From: an uncultured virus (IMG/VR IMGVR_UViG_2576861110_000002)
Lineage: Duplodnaviria > Heunggongvirae > Uroviricota > Caudoviricetes
Direction: 5' to 3' (one strand)
DNA: 64,000 nucleotides
IMG/VR virus record: IMGVR_UViG_2576861110_000002
Coordinates: 1-64,000 of that record
The position numbers were made by a program, and so were the translations under genes. Positions 9,184 through 19,400 of the stretch are shown in pieces (positions within the stretch are counted from its first letter, which is position 1; the number at the start of each line of letters is the position of its first letter). Under the pieces are notes generated by a model. The model had not been told where the DNA came from. It searched no databases and saw only the letters and a list, made by a program, of their open reading frames with translations.

Positions 9184-9558
9184 ATGGCTGAAAAACTTTT
9201 AGCAAATGCTTCATCAAAATTAACTTTAGAAGAAAAAGCAAAGATGGAATGGATTGCCAAACTAGAAGGCAAGAATTCCTTATCTAATCTCATCCGTTCT
9301 ATGTGTAAGAAAAAGATTTCAGAAGTAGAAGGTGAGATGGCAGGTAAAAGCTCTCTCGAGGTAATTAAAAACATTTGCACTAGAAAAGTCTCAGAAGCTG
9401 AATCCGAATACCAGTTTCTCAGAAATGTTTTTTGTGGGTCAAAAGATAACGGGTATACCAGAGATACCTTCGAATTAGTGCCTTTACGGGCCGAAAAATC
9501 GCGGCATACAAATGCTAGTGATAAATCAGTCCAGCTTGATCTACTTAGCTGGAAATAA
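9184..9558 (+). CDS. Putative regulator at the CII position (RHH-like N-terminus)
   Basis: SSKLTLEEKAKMEWIAKLEGKNSLSNLIR; located after cro. Confidence 0.5.
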   Translation: MAEKLLANASSKLTLEEKAKMEWIAKLEGKNSLSNLIRSMCKKKISEVEGEMAGKSSLEVIKNICTRKVSEAESEYQFLRNVFCGSKDNGYTRDTFELVPLRAEKSRHTNASDKSVQLDLLSWK

Positions 9559-9591
9559 AAAACCACTCCCTGCGCCAACAGGAAATGGTCT

Positions 9592-9792
9592 ATGGCTGTT
9601 CAAACCCTTGGAAGAATGAACGTGAGTAATTTAGCAAATCATCACTGCTCAGGCAAATGCACTGATTTTAAAGAAGAACAGTGCTCAACTTGTCTTATTA
9701 ATCAAGATGCCCCGCATCAAATCGTAAACACTCAAACCGATGAAGAGAAATTTCTAGATCGTGCATTCAATGCACAAAAGGAGATTTCATGA
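9592..9792 (+). CDS. Hypothetical Cys-rich small protein
   Basis: Operon position; stop overlaps the next start. Confidence 0.55.
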   Translation: MAVQTLGRMNVSNLANHHCSGKCTDFKEEQCSTCLINQDAPHQIVNTQTDEEKFLDRAFNAQKEIS

Positions 9793-9974
9793 CTTCAGAA
9801 AAAAAGGTTTGGCCGTTAGGAACCAATCACACTGATTCTGAGGGAACGCCGTGGAAGCGTGACGAGCAGAACAATTGGTGGTTTTGGCAAGAAAACTTTG
9901 GCTGGTCACGTTATGTAGGTCCAGTGAACCAAGCTTTCTTAGATTTACGATTTGAGGTAGGGACTGAACAGTGA
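9789..9974 (+). CDS. Hypothetical protein
   Basis: SD GGAG, coupled start/stop. Confidence 0.65.
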   Translation: MTSEKKVWPLGTNHTDSEGTPWKRDEQNNWWFWQENFGWSRYVGPVNQAFLDLRFEVGTEQ

Positions 9975-10426
9975 TTTTTGAATTAATAAACCTTAGTGAT
10001 AAATGTACATTTGAAGCACCAAATTTAAAAATTGCTGCTTTAGTTACTTGTGTACTTGGAAATGGTCAATACTCCGCGAAGGGGATAAAACATGATTTAG
10101 ATGTTCCGTTCTTTCTTTTCGGTGGACATGAAGAATGGTTTATCTCTAAATTTGGAACAAATTTTGAAGAAACACTTATTCAAGTTCGAGATGAAGAAAA
10201 ACAAGATTTAGCAGATAGCTTTAATAGCGTTTTATTAGGTTCCTACCTTGACCGAACAGCTTTTTTCAAAGCTTACAACTTAATTAAAGATCCAGCTGAA
10301 CAAAAAGAATGGCGTAAGCAGTGGTTAGATGAAAGACGCTCTTCTTTTAATAATATCTGTGAACGTGCTTGGAATTATGCTGAACAAGTGAGCTTGTATA
10401 AACCAGCTCAGGAAGGTGCAGCATGA
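9971..10426 (+). CDS. Hypothetical phage protein
   Basis: 151-aa coupled ORF. Confidence 0.7.
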   Translation: MIFELINLSDKCTFEAPNLKIAALVTCVLGNGQYSAKGIKHDLDVPFFLFGGHEEWFISKFGTNFEETLIQVRDEEKQDLADSFNSVLLGSYLDRTAFFKAYNLIKDPAEQKEWRKQWLDERRSSFNNICERAWNYAEQVSLYKPAQEGAA

Positions 10427-11040
10427 CGGTACGTCCAATTTTATTTAATTCAGAAATGGTTAGGGCCATTTTAAATGGATCTAAGACGCAAACACGCCGA
10501 ATTATTAAGAGTAAAGTTCAAAAAAAAATTGATATAGCTGAACATCTTGGAGAGTTCTTTGGTTTAGAAGATTCTAAATCACAAATATCTTCTTATTTTC
10601 AGAAAATTTGTCCTTTTGGAGCAATTGGCGACCAGCTTTTTGTTCAAGAGACGTATGGCACCAAAATTAGAAGTTTAGGTGGAACTCCTCATGAGTCATT
10701 TGTCTACAAAGCAGATAACCCAAATGAAATTGCTTATTACGACTGTAAGGGAAAGGGTTATCCAGTTAGATGGAAGCCATCTTCTCGTATGCCTCGTAAA
10801 GCATCACGTGTTTTGCTTGAAATAGTTGATATCCGTGTTGAGCGTTTACATGAAATTAGTGATGTAGATGCTAAGGCTGAAGGTTTTGATAAACCTAAAA
10901 CTGATTCAACTATGCAAAGCAATAATTCTCATAACCCAGTTCTTAACTTTCAAAAACATTGGGAAGCAATAAAAGGTAAAGAATCTTGGAATGAAAACCC
11001 TTGGGTTTGGTGTATTTCTTTTCGGAGGATTGATCAATGA
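10423..11040 (+). CDS. ASCH/PUA-like phage protein
   Basis: RPILFNSEMVRAILNGSKTQTRR, WKPSSRMPRKASR, AKAEG and NPWVWCISF motifs. Confidence 0.75.
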   Translation: MTVRPILFNSEMVRAILNGSKTQTRRIIKSKVQKKIDIAEHLGEFFGLEDSKSQISSYFQKICPFGAIGDQLFVQETYGTKIRSLGGTPHESFVYKADNPNEIAYYDCKGKGYPVRWKPSSRMPRKASRVLLEIVDIRVERLHEISDVDAKAEGFDKPKTDSTMQSNNSHNPVLNFQKHWEAIKGKESWNENPWVWCISFRRIDQ

Positions 11041-11576
11041 AAAGATGTCCATCGTTTAACAGTTACTCAGTCACTGCAGATGGGAAAGTTTTTACACACC
11101 GTCGCAAGGGTAGGTTAGCCAAAGGGCTAAATAGAGTTGATTTTTCATACTCAAAAGAACTATCGCAATTTACCACTTCAAAAGGATATCGCACCGTTTC
11201 TGTATATATCGGTAATGGCAAATCAAGACCAATTGGTGTTCATCAACTTGTTGCAGATGCATTTATTGGGCCTGTTCCAGAAAATCAAGAAGTACGCCAT
11301 CTAAATGGGATTCCATCCGATAATCGTTACGAAAATCTAGCTTATGGCACAAAACAAGATAATGCAAATGATAGGGTTCAGCATGGTGGATATAAGCAGG
11401 GGGCATCACATATAAATGCAAAACTTAATCAAGGGCAAGTAGAGAGCGTTAGGAAAAAACGTGCATCAGGCTCAAAAGTTAAAGATTTGGCAAAAGAATT
11501 TGCTGTAAGTACTAGCACTATTGAGTTGGTCCTCTATGGCAAGTCTTATAAAGTTAACCAAGGTGGCGCCTCATGA
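11037..11576 (+). CDS. HNH homing endonuclease (NUMOD4/HNH_3-like) with C-terminal HTH
   Basis: VHQLVADAFIG...VRHLNGIPSDNRYENLAYGT...N. Confidence 0.88.
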   Translation: MKRCPSFNSYSVTADGKVFTHRRKGRLAKGLNRVDFSYSKELSQFTTSKGYRTVSVYIGNGKSRPIGVHQLVADAFIGPVPENQEVRHLNGIPSDNRYENLAYGTKQDNANDRVQHGGYKQGASHINAKLNQGQVESVRKKRASGSKVKDLAKEFAVSTSTIELVLYGKSYKVNQGGAS

Positions 11577-12181
11577 GCCAGATTGTATATAGAGAAGACA
11601 ATTTCATTGGGGAACTTTTAATGGAAAAGTTCGTCTTCAAAAAAATAGGTGAATATAAGTCAGACTGGGCTTTAGCTTATGTTGATCCAAATAATTTATA
11701 TAGTGCTGGCGGTGGACGTCTAACAGTCGTTTTAAGTAGTTTTACCGGTTCCGCTTTCTTTTCTCATGTTGGTCAACCAACTTTTAAAGAGTTCATTGCC
11801 CAATGCCATGCTCCTTATTTACTTAATAAACTTTTTCCTAAAATTGAAAAGTGGGTAGATGTTGAGGATGGTAATGAAGTAATTGAATACATAGCTATCA
11901 ATAAGCTATCTGAATTAAAAGATGGTCGATCAAGTGGCGCAATTTCCAAAAAAGATCTTAGAAATTTTTATGAACACCTTAAAGAAATTGAATTCGAATG
12001 TTTTTCAAATTTCTTTGACCAGCTCACTTTTAAAGACCGATCAATCATGTGTGAACTGTTTGGTGAAGACTGGCTTTGGGAAAGTGGGCCATCCAAATTA
12101 AATCCTGATTACGTATACCTCGAAAAAATGCTGGTAGATGTGATTTCTGAATTTAAGAATTTAATTGGATTGGATGGGTGA
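11573..12181 (+). CDS. Hypothetical phage protein
   Basis: 202-aa coupled ORF. Confidence 0.7.
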   Translation: MSQIVYREDNFIGELLMEKFVFKKIGEYKSDWALAYVDPNNLYSAGGGRLTVVLSSFTGSAFFSHVGQPTFKEFIAQCHAPYLLNKLFPKIEKWVDVEDGNEVIEYIAINKLSELKDGRSSGAISKKDLRNFYEHLKEIEFECFSNFFDQLTFKDRSIMCELFGEDWLWESGPSKLNPDYVYLEKMLVDVISEFKNLIGLDG

Positions 12182-12573
12182 GCGATATGAAAAATAAACT
12201 CATCGTTGACCGCAACCAAGCTAAAAATATCCGCGATAGGGAATTATGCGAAATAGCGGTAAATATGCGAATTAAGGAAGGGGAAAACAATCAATTTCGT
12301 GCGAGAAAAAAATTTCTCAATCAAGTTTTTTGGGTAGCTGAACCCCTTTGTAGCATTAAATGTGGACCTGAAAAATTCTACGGCCATTTTTCCTGTGATC
12401 CGATTCCTGAAGGTTGGAGCCGTTATACACTTGATAGACCAAGAAGTAGGGTTAATTTTGGTGAACATCGCTTTTTAGTTGAGTGCACTGAAGTTAAGAC
12501 ATTTAAATATTCTGCAGGTCAATTATTCACTGTTTTACTAACGCTTAAAAAAGTTAATGGTGGTGCATTATGA
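12178..12573 (+). CDS. Hypothetical phage protein
   Basis: 131-aa coupled ORF. Confidence 0.6.
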   Translation: MSDMKNKLIVDRNQAKNIRDRELCEIAVNMRIKEGENNQFRARKKFLNQVFWVAEPLCSIKCGPEKFYGHFSCDPIPEGWSRYTLDRPRSRVNFGEHRFLVECTEVKTFKYSAGQLFTVLLTLKKVNGGAL

Positions 12574-14048
12574 ATATGTGCCTCAATCTTAACTTATTAC
12601 CTCATGAATTGATTGTTGATAATTTTGCAGGTGGGGGTGGAACATCTACTGGCTTAGAAAAAGCCTTTGGTCGTCCAGTTGATATTGCAATTAACCACGA
12701 TCCTAAAGCAATTGCCATGCATCGTGCTAATCATCCAAATACTCGTCATTTTTGTGAGGATGTTTGGGATGTTGACCCTGTAAAAGTTACAAACAATCAG
12801 CCTGTAGGATTGGTTTGGCTTAGTCCAGATTGCAAACACTTTTCTAAAGCAAAAGGTGGAAAACCGGTTGAAAAGAAAATACGTGGTTTAGCTTGGATTG
12901 CTCTTAGATGGGCTGACCTTACACGACCACGTATAATCATGCTCGAGAACGTTGAAGAGTTCAAAACTTGGGGCAGATTAGGAAAAGATGGATTCCCGAG
13001 TAAAAAGCACAAAGGTGAAACATTCAGGTGCTTTGTTAATGCATTACGTCATCAAGGTTATAAAGTTGAATGGCGAGTAATGAGTGCTCGGGATTACGGA
13101 TCTCCAACTCTAAGAAGACGGTTTTTTCTAGTTGCTCGCCGTGACAACTTCCCTATAGTTTGGCCCAAGCCTACGCATGCTGCACCAGATAGCAAAGCAG
13201 TTAAAACTGGGAAATTAAAACCATGGCGAATCACTGCAGAATGCATAGATTGGTCAATTCCTTGCCCAAGTATTTTTACTCGTAAGAAACCTCTAGTTGA
13301 GGCAACTTGTCGCCGTATAGCAAATGGTTTAGTCCGTTATGTAATCAATAATCCAGAACCATTTATTGTTCCAATGGATAAGGTTAAAAGCGTTGCCCCA
13401 GTACTTACTGAGTGTGCAAATGCTTCTAGCCCAAGATGTATGCCTATTGATGAACCTTTACGCACAATTTGCGCAGGGGTGAAAGGTGGGCATCATGCGT
13501 TAGTTACTGCGTTCATTGCTAAGCATTATACGGGTGTAGTTGGTAGTGATATTCGCGAACCACTTCATACTATTACTGCAAAAGATCATAACAGTTTAGT
13601 CGTCAGCAACCTGGTGAAACTGCGTAATAACAACATTGGTCAACCAGTAGATGAACCATTACACACCATTACTACAAGTGCGGGTCATTTTGCATTAGTA
13701 CAAGCATTTTTAACTGCCTTCTACGGTAGTGAGAAAGACGGAAACAGCATTCATGAGCCACTTCGTACGATACCAACACGTGATCGCTTTGGCCTTGTAA
13801 TGGTTAAAGGTGAGCTGCACCAAATTGTTGATATTGGCTTCCGTATGCTTCAGCCAAGAGAACTATTCACTGCACAAGGTTTTGAACCTACTTACATCAT
13901 TGATCATGGGATCGATGAACATGGAAACACTATCAAATTAACTAAGACAGAACAGGGAAGAATGGTAGGTAATTCTGTGCCTCCTCAATTCTCTGAAGCT
14001 TTAGTACGTGCAAATTTTGCACATGAACACCTATATGAGGCAGCTTAA
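12570..14048 (+). CDS. Orphan DNA cytosine-5 methyltransferase
   Basis: DNFAGGGG (motif I), SPDCKHFS, LENVEEF, RRRFF, GNSV (motif X); four internal EPL(R/H)TI repeats. Confidence 0.92.
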   Translation: MNMCLNLNLLPHELIVDNFAGGGGTSTGLEKAFGRPVDIAINHDPKAIAMHRANHPNTRHFCEDVWDVDPVKVTNNQPVGLVWLSPDCKHFSKAKGGKPVEKKIRGLAWIALRWADLTRPRIIMLENVEEFKTWGRLGKDGFPSKKHKGETFRCFVNALRHQGYKVEWRVMSARDYGSPTLRRRFFLVARRDNFPIVWPKPTHAAPDSKAVKTGKLKPWRITAECIDWSIPCPSIFTRKKPLVEATCRRIANGLVRYVINNPEPFIVPMDKVKSVAPVLTECANASSPRCMPIDEPLRTICAGVKGGHHALVTAFIAKHYTGVVGSDIREPLHTITAKDHNSLVVSNLVKLRNNNIGQPVDEPLHTITTSAGHFALVQAFLTAFYGSEKDGNSIHEPLRTIPTRDRFGLVMVKGELHQIVDIGFRMLQPRELFTAQGFEPTYIIDHGIDEHGNTIKLTKTEQGRMVGNSVPPQFSEALVRANFAHEHLYEAA

Positions 14049-14051
14049 GAA

Positions 14052-15095
14052 ATGGCAAGATCTAGAAATATTAAGCCCTCATTCTTTATGAATGAAGACA
14101 TTATTGAATTACCTTATGAAGCACGATTGCTATTTATAGGGCTTTGGACTTTAGCAGATCGCGAAGGCCGACTCGAAAATCGACCTAAGAAAATCAAAAT
14201 GTCTTTATTTCCTGCAGACGATATAAACGTTGCAGAACAGTTAGAGAACATTTCTAAGTTCGGTTTTATCGAGTTATATAACGCTGATGGTATTGATGTT
14301 ATCCATATCGTTAACTTTGTTAAACATCAAAACCCACATGGTCTTGAGAAAGATAGTGAGCTACCTGACAGAAATGGCATCTACACTGTCTATCAACGTA
14401 ATCCAAAAAACAAAACAATTGTTGGAAAGGCAATTCAGCTAAATAAAGCTGATTTAAAGCATTTTTACGATAAAACAGGTCCATTTGCCACTCAAAATAC
14501 TGGTTCTGCTGTTGAAAACAGTTATCAAGATAATGAATCGAATCAAGCAAACAGTAGTGGAAGCACACAAGAACAGTTAGATAACGGTTCTAAAACTGTT
14601 TCTATCTCAGACCAAAACGCCCTGAATCCTGAATCCTTTAATCTGAATCCTGATTCACTGAATCCTGAATCCTTTAATCAGAACCCAGAAGGTAATAACA
14701 ACTCCGCCGTTGGCGAAGTTGATTCATCGACTCAAGCAAAATTTAGTTTCAAGAGTGCTTTGAAAAAAAATGGTGTACCTGAGAAAGACGCTGCTGAGTT
14801 CTTACAAGTTCGTAAAGCCAAGAAAGCTCAAAACACCGAAAACGCTTTTGACGCACTTTTGAATGAAGCCCAAAAAGCAGGAATTACACTTCAGCAAGCC
14901 GTCGAATATTGCTTGAAAAGACAAAATCCTTGGGGTGCCTTCAAAGCATCTTGGTACCTAAACGAAAAACCCGAAATGACTACCGGTCAACAGTCAAACC
15001 ATCAATCGTTACCACGCAATGTAAATGATCAATGGGGCGCGCCAAAGAAATATGAACCGGTTGCTCACACAGCTGTGAAGGGTGAGTTGATATGA
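14052..15095 (+). CDS. Phage replication initiator protein
   Basis: MARSRNIKPSFF...RLLFIGLWTLADREGR N-terminus, low-complexity linker, directly upstream of a DnaC-like ATPase. Confidence 0.85.
   Translation: MARSRNIKPSFFMNEDIIELPYEARLLFIGLWTLADREGRLENRPKKIKMSLFPADDINVAEQLENISKFGFIELYNADGIDVIHIVNFVKHQNPHGLEKDSELPDRNGIYTVYQRNPKNKTIVGKAIQLNKADLKHFYDKTGPFATQNTGSAVENSYQDNESNQANSSGSTQEQLDNGSKTVSISDQNALNPESFNLNPDSLNPESFNQNPEGNNNSAVGEVDSSTQAKFSFKSALKKNGVPEKDAAEFLQVRKAKKAQNTENAFDALLNEAQKAGITLQQAVEYCLKRQNPWGAFKASWYLNEKPEMTTGQQSNHQSLPRNVNDQWGAPKKYEPVAHTAVKGELI
14622..14690 (+). repeat. Direct repeats inside the initiator gene; candidate origin iterons
   Basis: 22-bp CTGAATCCTGAATCCTTTAATC at 14622-14643 and 14658-14679, plus more CTGAATCC units. 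Confidence 0.6.
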
Positions 15096-15856
15096 ACGCA
15101 GTGCCTCAAAAATTGGAATATAAAATTTCCCATACAAACCAGATCTGTAAGATCCACAAAGAACACATGATCAATGTACATGGTCGAATCGTTTGTCAGT
15201 CATGTGTTGAAAAAATCATGAAGCAGTCAAATGAAAAATATGAAAGCGATAAGAATATTCGTATTTTAAATTTGAAAATGGCTCGAGCTGGTATCCCTAA
15301 AAGACATGTAAATAGCGGCTTTAGCAACTATGCAGTAACTCACAAAGGACAAGACAAAGCTCGTAAAACTTGTGAAAAATTTACTATGGATTTCAATTCA
15401 GGTGTTTTTCGAAATTTACTTCTTGTCGGCCGTACTGGTACGGGTAAAACACATCTAGGTTCATCAATTCTGAAAAATATCATCATTAAAAACTGGGAGG
15501 CTATATACATTACGTCTGCAGATCTAGCTGAAGATATCGCGGGTGCCTATCGCCGTAGCGGTGATAGTGAAGATGAAGCGCTAAAACGCTATGTAAAAAA
15601 AGATTTATTAATTATTGATGAATACGGTTTACATGACCGTGCTGAAAAACGTCCGCAGCTTCTTGAGAGTGTTCATAAGGTTCTACTCACTCGTTATGAC
15701 GAGTTGAAGCCAACAGTTGTGATTTCAAACCTAAGTCTTTCTGAGGTCCGCGAAGATCTTGGGGACCGGCTTTGGTCAAGATTTCAACATGATGGCTTAG
15801 ATATTGTGGAATGTGATTGGGATGATGCTCGTATAGGTGGAGGTAAAGCACAGTGA
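15092..15856 (+). CDS. DnaC/IstB-like helicase loader ATPase
   Basis: Walker A GRTGTGKT, Walker B LLIIDE, PTVVISN, DRLWSR. Confidence 0.9.
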   Translation: MNAVPQKLEYKISHTNQICKIHKEHMINVHGRIVCQSCVEKIMKQSNEKYESDKNIRILNLKMARAGIPKRHVNSGFSNYAVTHKGQDKARKTCEKFTMDFNSGVFRNLLLVGRTGTGKTHLGSSILKNIIIKNWEAIYITSADLAEDIAGAYRRSGDSEDEALKRYVKKDLLIIDEYGLHDRAEKRPQLLESVHKVLLTRYDELKPTVVISNLSLSEVREDLGDRLWSRFQHDGLDIVECDWDDARIGGGKAQ

Positions 15857-16386
15857 ACGCATTTGTTGATATGAAAAAATCTGAATACGCATTAGTTGCT
15901 TACTCAAACGTAGCAGCTAAATCTGAGGAGCGAAAAGCATTAGAAAAAGCAGTAAAGAAGTGGCTGAAACATCCTGGTAATAAAATCCGACACGTTGAGT
16001 CTATAGGGCGTGATCTCAATATGCCTCACGGCACCGGACCTATGTATAAGCGTTTATGTTGTCGTTGCGAAACTTGTGTTGAATGGGCGCTTTCCACTGG
16101 TTTAATCAAATCTAAGCCAAAACCAGTTGTAAAACGTGGTCCAGATGCTCGTCAATTGCGTATTTTGGCACAGAAAAGCCAATTGACCCCCTACGCTACA
16201 GCTTTTAATGAAGATTGGGATTTACTGGCCTTAGAAGTGGATTATTCCGTTACGGCATTTCAACTTGAACGTATTTATCAAGGCCGTTCTGAAATTGATC
16301 ACAACTTTGTTTGGAATCGAGTCAAGCGTGTTGCTGATCGTTTAGTAGCTGAAAAGTTAAGAGCTAAAGGGGGAGTGTGCAAATGA
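15853..16386 (+). CDS. Hypothetical phage protein
   Basis: Coupled ORF with H/C cluster HGT...CCRCETC. Confidence 0.65.
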   Translation: MNAFVDMKKSEYALVAYSNVAAKSEERKALEKAVKKWLKHPGNKIRHVESIGRDLNMPHGTGPMYKRLCCRCETCVEWALSTGLIKSKPKPVVKRGPDARQLRILAQKSQLTPYATAFNEDWDLLALEVDYSVTAFQLERIYQGRSEIDHNFVWNRVKRVADRLVAEKLRAKGGVCK

Positions 16387-17114
16387 AATCTAAAGCAACC
16401 AGCAAAAAACGCTCAAAAAAATACAATCCAAACAAGTTAACACCAGCGCAAGTTCAAGCTAATCAGAGACAGGCAGAATTGCGTAGAGAAGCTGCTCAAG
16501 AATATGAGTTCAGCATGCGGTTCGTTTCTAAAGATGTACGGGACTATATCGAAGCAAAGAAAGTTGAAGAGGCAGCATTGCTTGAGCGTTTCCCTAATCG
16601 CTTAACAATACCATATCACTTCAGTATTGCAGCTTACGGTTACCAAGATTTAGCAATTGTTCAAGTTCTTGAACATGTAGAAGAGTGTGAGAAATGGAAT
16701 GTTGAACTCACTATCACAATGTCCGATAGAACCGATCAATATGAAGGGCAACTAATAATAAATCAGCCATTTACCGCACCGAAAATGAATTATTTTGAGT
16801 TTTCAGAAGGAAAAGCAGACTGTTATGTAGATATAGGTGGTGGTTTACGTAGAAAAGGATGGAAAGGATTAAATGCAGAGATCTTAATGGCATTAGATCA
16901 AAACAAAAATATACCTGATGGTTTTGGGATTGATTTGATAGAGGTAGAGATAAGTACTTCCTCAAAATTTAAAAGTGTATCTGCGTATAAGGAATTCTTG
17001 AGTGTTGCTGAATGGGTAAACAGTGGAGTAGCTGAGGTAAAATTACGCCAGCTTTGGATTGCTGATCAAATTATAGGAAATGGTAAATCTCTTAGTTTTG
17101 GGGATGCAGCATGA
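16377..17114 (+). CDS. Hypothetical phage protein
   Basis: 245-aa ORF with basic N-terminus KKRSKKYNP. Confidence 0.7.
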   Translation: MQMKSKATSKKRSKKYNPNKLTPAQVQANQRQAELRREAAQEYEFSMRFVSKDVRDYIEAKKVEEAALLERFPNRLTIPYHFSIAAYGYQDLAIVQVLEHVEECEKWNVELTITMSDRTDQYEGQLIINQPFTAPKMNYFEFSEGKADCYVDIGGGLRRKGWKGLNAEILMALDQNKNIPDGFGIDLIEVEISTSSKFKSVSAYKEFLSVAEWVNSGVAEVKLRQLWIADQIIGNGKSLSFGDAA

Positions 17115-17482
17115 TGAAAAGACTAAGACAACGCCAGCGTCAACAGCGAAGTATTTTTGCGATGTTGCAAAGCAACTCTAGGGAGACAAGTACTTTCAAA
17201 AGTTCGGAGACTGTTACTCTAAAAGAACAGCAAGCGCAATCTGCAAAACCTAGATATATCTTCACAGAACTAGGGAAAGAGAAGCTTTGTAAACATTGTC
17301 AAGAATATTGGCCCGTTGATTCTGAATTTTGGTTCATGGTTAAAGCAAAACGTAAAGATGGATCAGTTGTACATCGTCCAGATTCAGCTTGTAAGGGATG
17401 TTATGACATTACCTATCGTCCGAATTTATCAAAGGGTAAATATCAAAAACGCTCAAATCATGAAAAGGGAGCTGCGGCATGA
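17111..17482 (+). CDS. Hypothetical Zn-finger protein
   Basis: CKHC...CKGC. Confidence 0.6.
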   Translation: MMKRLRQRQRQQRSIFAMLQSNSRETSTFKSSETVTLKEQQAQSAKPRYIFTELGKEKLCKHCQEYWPVDSEFWFMVKAKRKDGSVVHRPDSACKGCYDITYRPNLSKGKYQKRSNHEKGAAA

Positions 17483-17886
17483 ACCGTTTCCAAGAAAAGC
17501 AGTTAATACAAATTGACGAAGAGCAGAAAGTTATTAAGTTCACTCGAAAACGTGAATTAATTGAATGTGATCATAAACATATTCAAATTTCGGAAGAAGA
17601 GAGCGAAGTACTTTGCATTGATTGCAAAACAAAATTAAACCCTGTTCTTTGGATAGCTAAATACCTAAGACAACTTAACCAAGTTACAGATCGTAATAAC
17701 AGAATGTTAGCTGAGGTAAGGGTAATTCAGTCAAAGCTTGAAAAGAAAAACAAGTTTATGTGTAAAAGTTGTCATGCGGTTAATGAAATTGACTTTAAGA
17801 AATTACCTTCTCAAGCAGCTATTACACGTGGAATGTCTGTAATTGAGCAAGAGTTTGACGGAATGAAAGTGGAGTTCTGCCAATGA
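17479..17886 (+). CDS. Hypothetical Zn-binding protein
   Basis: CDH...CIDC and CKSC motifs. Confidence 0.6.
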   Translation: MNRFQEKQLIQIDEEQKVIKFTRKRELIECDHKHIQISEEESEVLCIDCKTKLNPVLWIAKYLRQLNQVTDRNNRMLAEVRVIQSKLEKKNKFMCKSCHAVNEIDFKKLPSQAAITRGMSVIEQEFDGMKVEFCQ

Positions 17887-18167
17887 AATACAAAATTGGT
17901 GATAGAGTCTATATAGATTTCAAATCATGTAATCGAATGGAAACTGATGGAACTCATATTTTTTGTGAAGGCCAGATTGATAGGGTCGATGAAGACAATG
18001 ATTTTCTAATTGGAAGACTCGATAGAGGTGGTTATTTTGGTTGTCCATCAACAGATGTAAAAATACTTAATGAAGCATGCGTACACGGGTACGATGTTGC
18101 ATGTTTATTATGTGGTTTTGGTCAATCTGAAACTACAGGTGAAAGGATCTGGCATACCCAACGATAG
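17883..18167 (+). CDS. Hypothetical protein (SH3/KOW-like N-terminus)
   Basis: MKYKIGDRV start; coupled ORF. Confidence 0.55.
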   Translation: MKYKIGDRVYIDFKSCNRMETDGTHIFCEGQIDRVDEDNDFLIGRLDRGGYFGCPSTDVKILNEACVHGYDVACLLCGFGQSETTGERIWHTQR

Positions 18168-18233
18168 TATTTAAGATATAGTTTTTAAAGGTATAAAAGA
18201 TTAAGCTCATCAATAGATGGGCTTTTCTTATAA

Positions 18234-19025
18234 ATGAGAAATATTATGACTTTGGGTATTTGTAAGCTTTGTGGTGAAGAAAAAAATTTAAAACGTTCTC
18301 ATGTTATTGGTAAAACAGTTTTTAGCAAAATACTAAGAGAAACAGAAGGTAATTACGCAATTAACATATCATTAAGTGAGAAGAAAATTAAAAAAAGTAA
18401 TGATACTTGGGAGAGTAGACTTTTATGCTCAGGGTGCGAATCTAGACTTAACAATAAATTTGAAGATTACTCCATTCATGTATTACGGCAAGAATACAGA
18501 GATGTAAAATATTCTAATGGTCCACATGGGGTGTTTTTTAAGAATGTAGAAACATATAGAGTAATTTTATACTTTTTTTCAATTTTTTGGAGAGCTGGTT
18601 ACTCAAGCCATAAAGCATATAAAAATTCTGTAATAAATGATGGCGTTAGCAATCACTTGATAAATGCTTTTGATGGTGAAATCAAGCTTAATTCAAAACA
18701 CTTCTCAGTTAGAGTGAGATTGTTGAAAGATCATACAAATGCCTTACCACCAGAATTTTTAAAAAGACAAATTTTTAGCCCTTATAACCGTCTCAAAGAT
18801 GATGGTTTTGTATTCAGTTTGGTTTATGAAGGGTATTTTTTTGAGTTATTTTTTAATGCTAGTAATTTTAGAGAGAGACAAAAACCAGGTTTTTTAAATA
18901 GTAAAAACGATTTCTTTTTTGTCCCTTATGTAGATGTTTTTGATGTTCCAGAAATTACAGAGGTGCTTTTCCAATGTTTCAAAATTCATAAAGAGACGCC
19001 AGATGAAGAAAAAATTAAAATATAA
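18234..19025 (+). CDS. Low-GC accessory protein with an HNH-like Zn-binding N-terminus
   Basis: CKLC...SHVI...LLCSGCESRL; AT-rich; follows a terminator at ~18203-18227. Confidence 0.55.
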   Translation: MRNIMTLGICKLCGEEKNLKRSHVIGKTVFSKILRETEGNYAINISLSEKKIKKSNDTWESRLLCSGCESRLNNKFEDYSIHVLRQEYRDVKYSNGPHGVFFKNVETYRVILYFFSIFWRAGYSSHKAYKNSVINDGVSNHLINAFDGEIKLNSKHFSVRVRLLKDHTNALPPEFLKRQIFSPYNRLKDDGFVFSLVYEGYFFELFFNASNFRERQKPGFLNSKNDFFFVPYVDVFDVPEITEVLFQCFKIHKETPDEEKIKI

Positions 19026-19073
19026 GCAGCGATTGAGGTGTAGGATAGAGTGGTAACTTGAATAGGATTTCTA

Positions 19074-19289
19074 ATGAAAATTTGTATAGGTGGTGATCTC
19101 AACGGTCAGGTTGTTGAGAAAGATGTTTATTCATTTAAAGCTGCTGAAATCGATCCAGAAAAAAAGTCAGAGTATTTCATTCAGAGTTATATTCTTGGAG
19201 ATAAGCGATTAAGGTTTTGGATTTGTTTTGATATGGATTTTCATGAAGCATCTCAAATTGTTGAAAAAATGATGAGAACAAAACATTAA
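19074..19289 (+). CDS. Hypothetical protein
   Basis: 71 aa, ICIGGDLNGQ motif, SD AGGA. Confidence 0.6.
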   Translation: MKICIGGDLNGQVVEKDVYSFKAAEIDPEKKSEYFIQSYILGDKRLRFWICFDMDFHEASQIVEKMMRTKH

Positions 19290-19332
19290 AATGTATATTG
19301 AAGGAATTCGATATATATTTTATATTATGTGA

Positions 19333-19400
19333 ACTGTTTATCGTTAAATGCCTTTATTTGTTTTATAGTCCGTACTTTCCCCAAGGTGCGGACTTTTTTT
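19333..19400 (+). ncRNA. Candidate ~70-nt small RNA
   Basis: TTGAAG(19298)-17-TATATT(19321) promoter followed by terminator AGTCCGTAC...GTGCGGACT-T run at 19367-19400. Confidence 0.45.

Noticed and set aside
8979..9578. 199-aa minus-strand ORF and other antisense or nested ORFs (e.g. 30793-31281, 22824-23198, 42370-42684)
   Set aside because: Shadow ORFs opposite well-supported genes, with no motifs or RBS
12570..14048. Restriction-modification system
   Set aside because: No adjacent restriction endonuclease; orphan methylases with EPLxTI repeats are common in prophages
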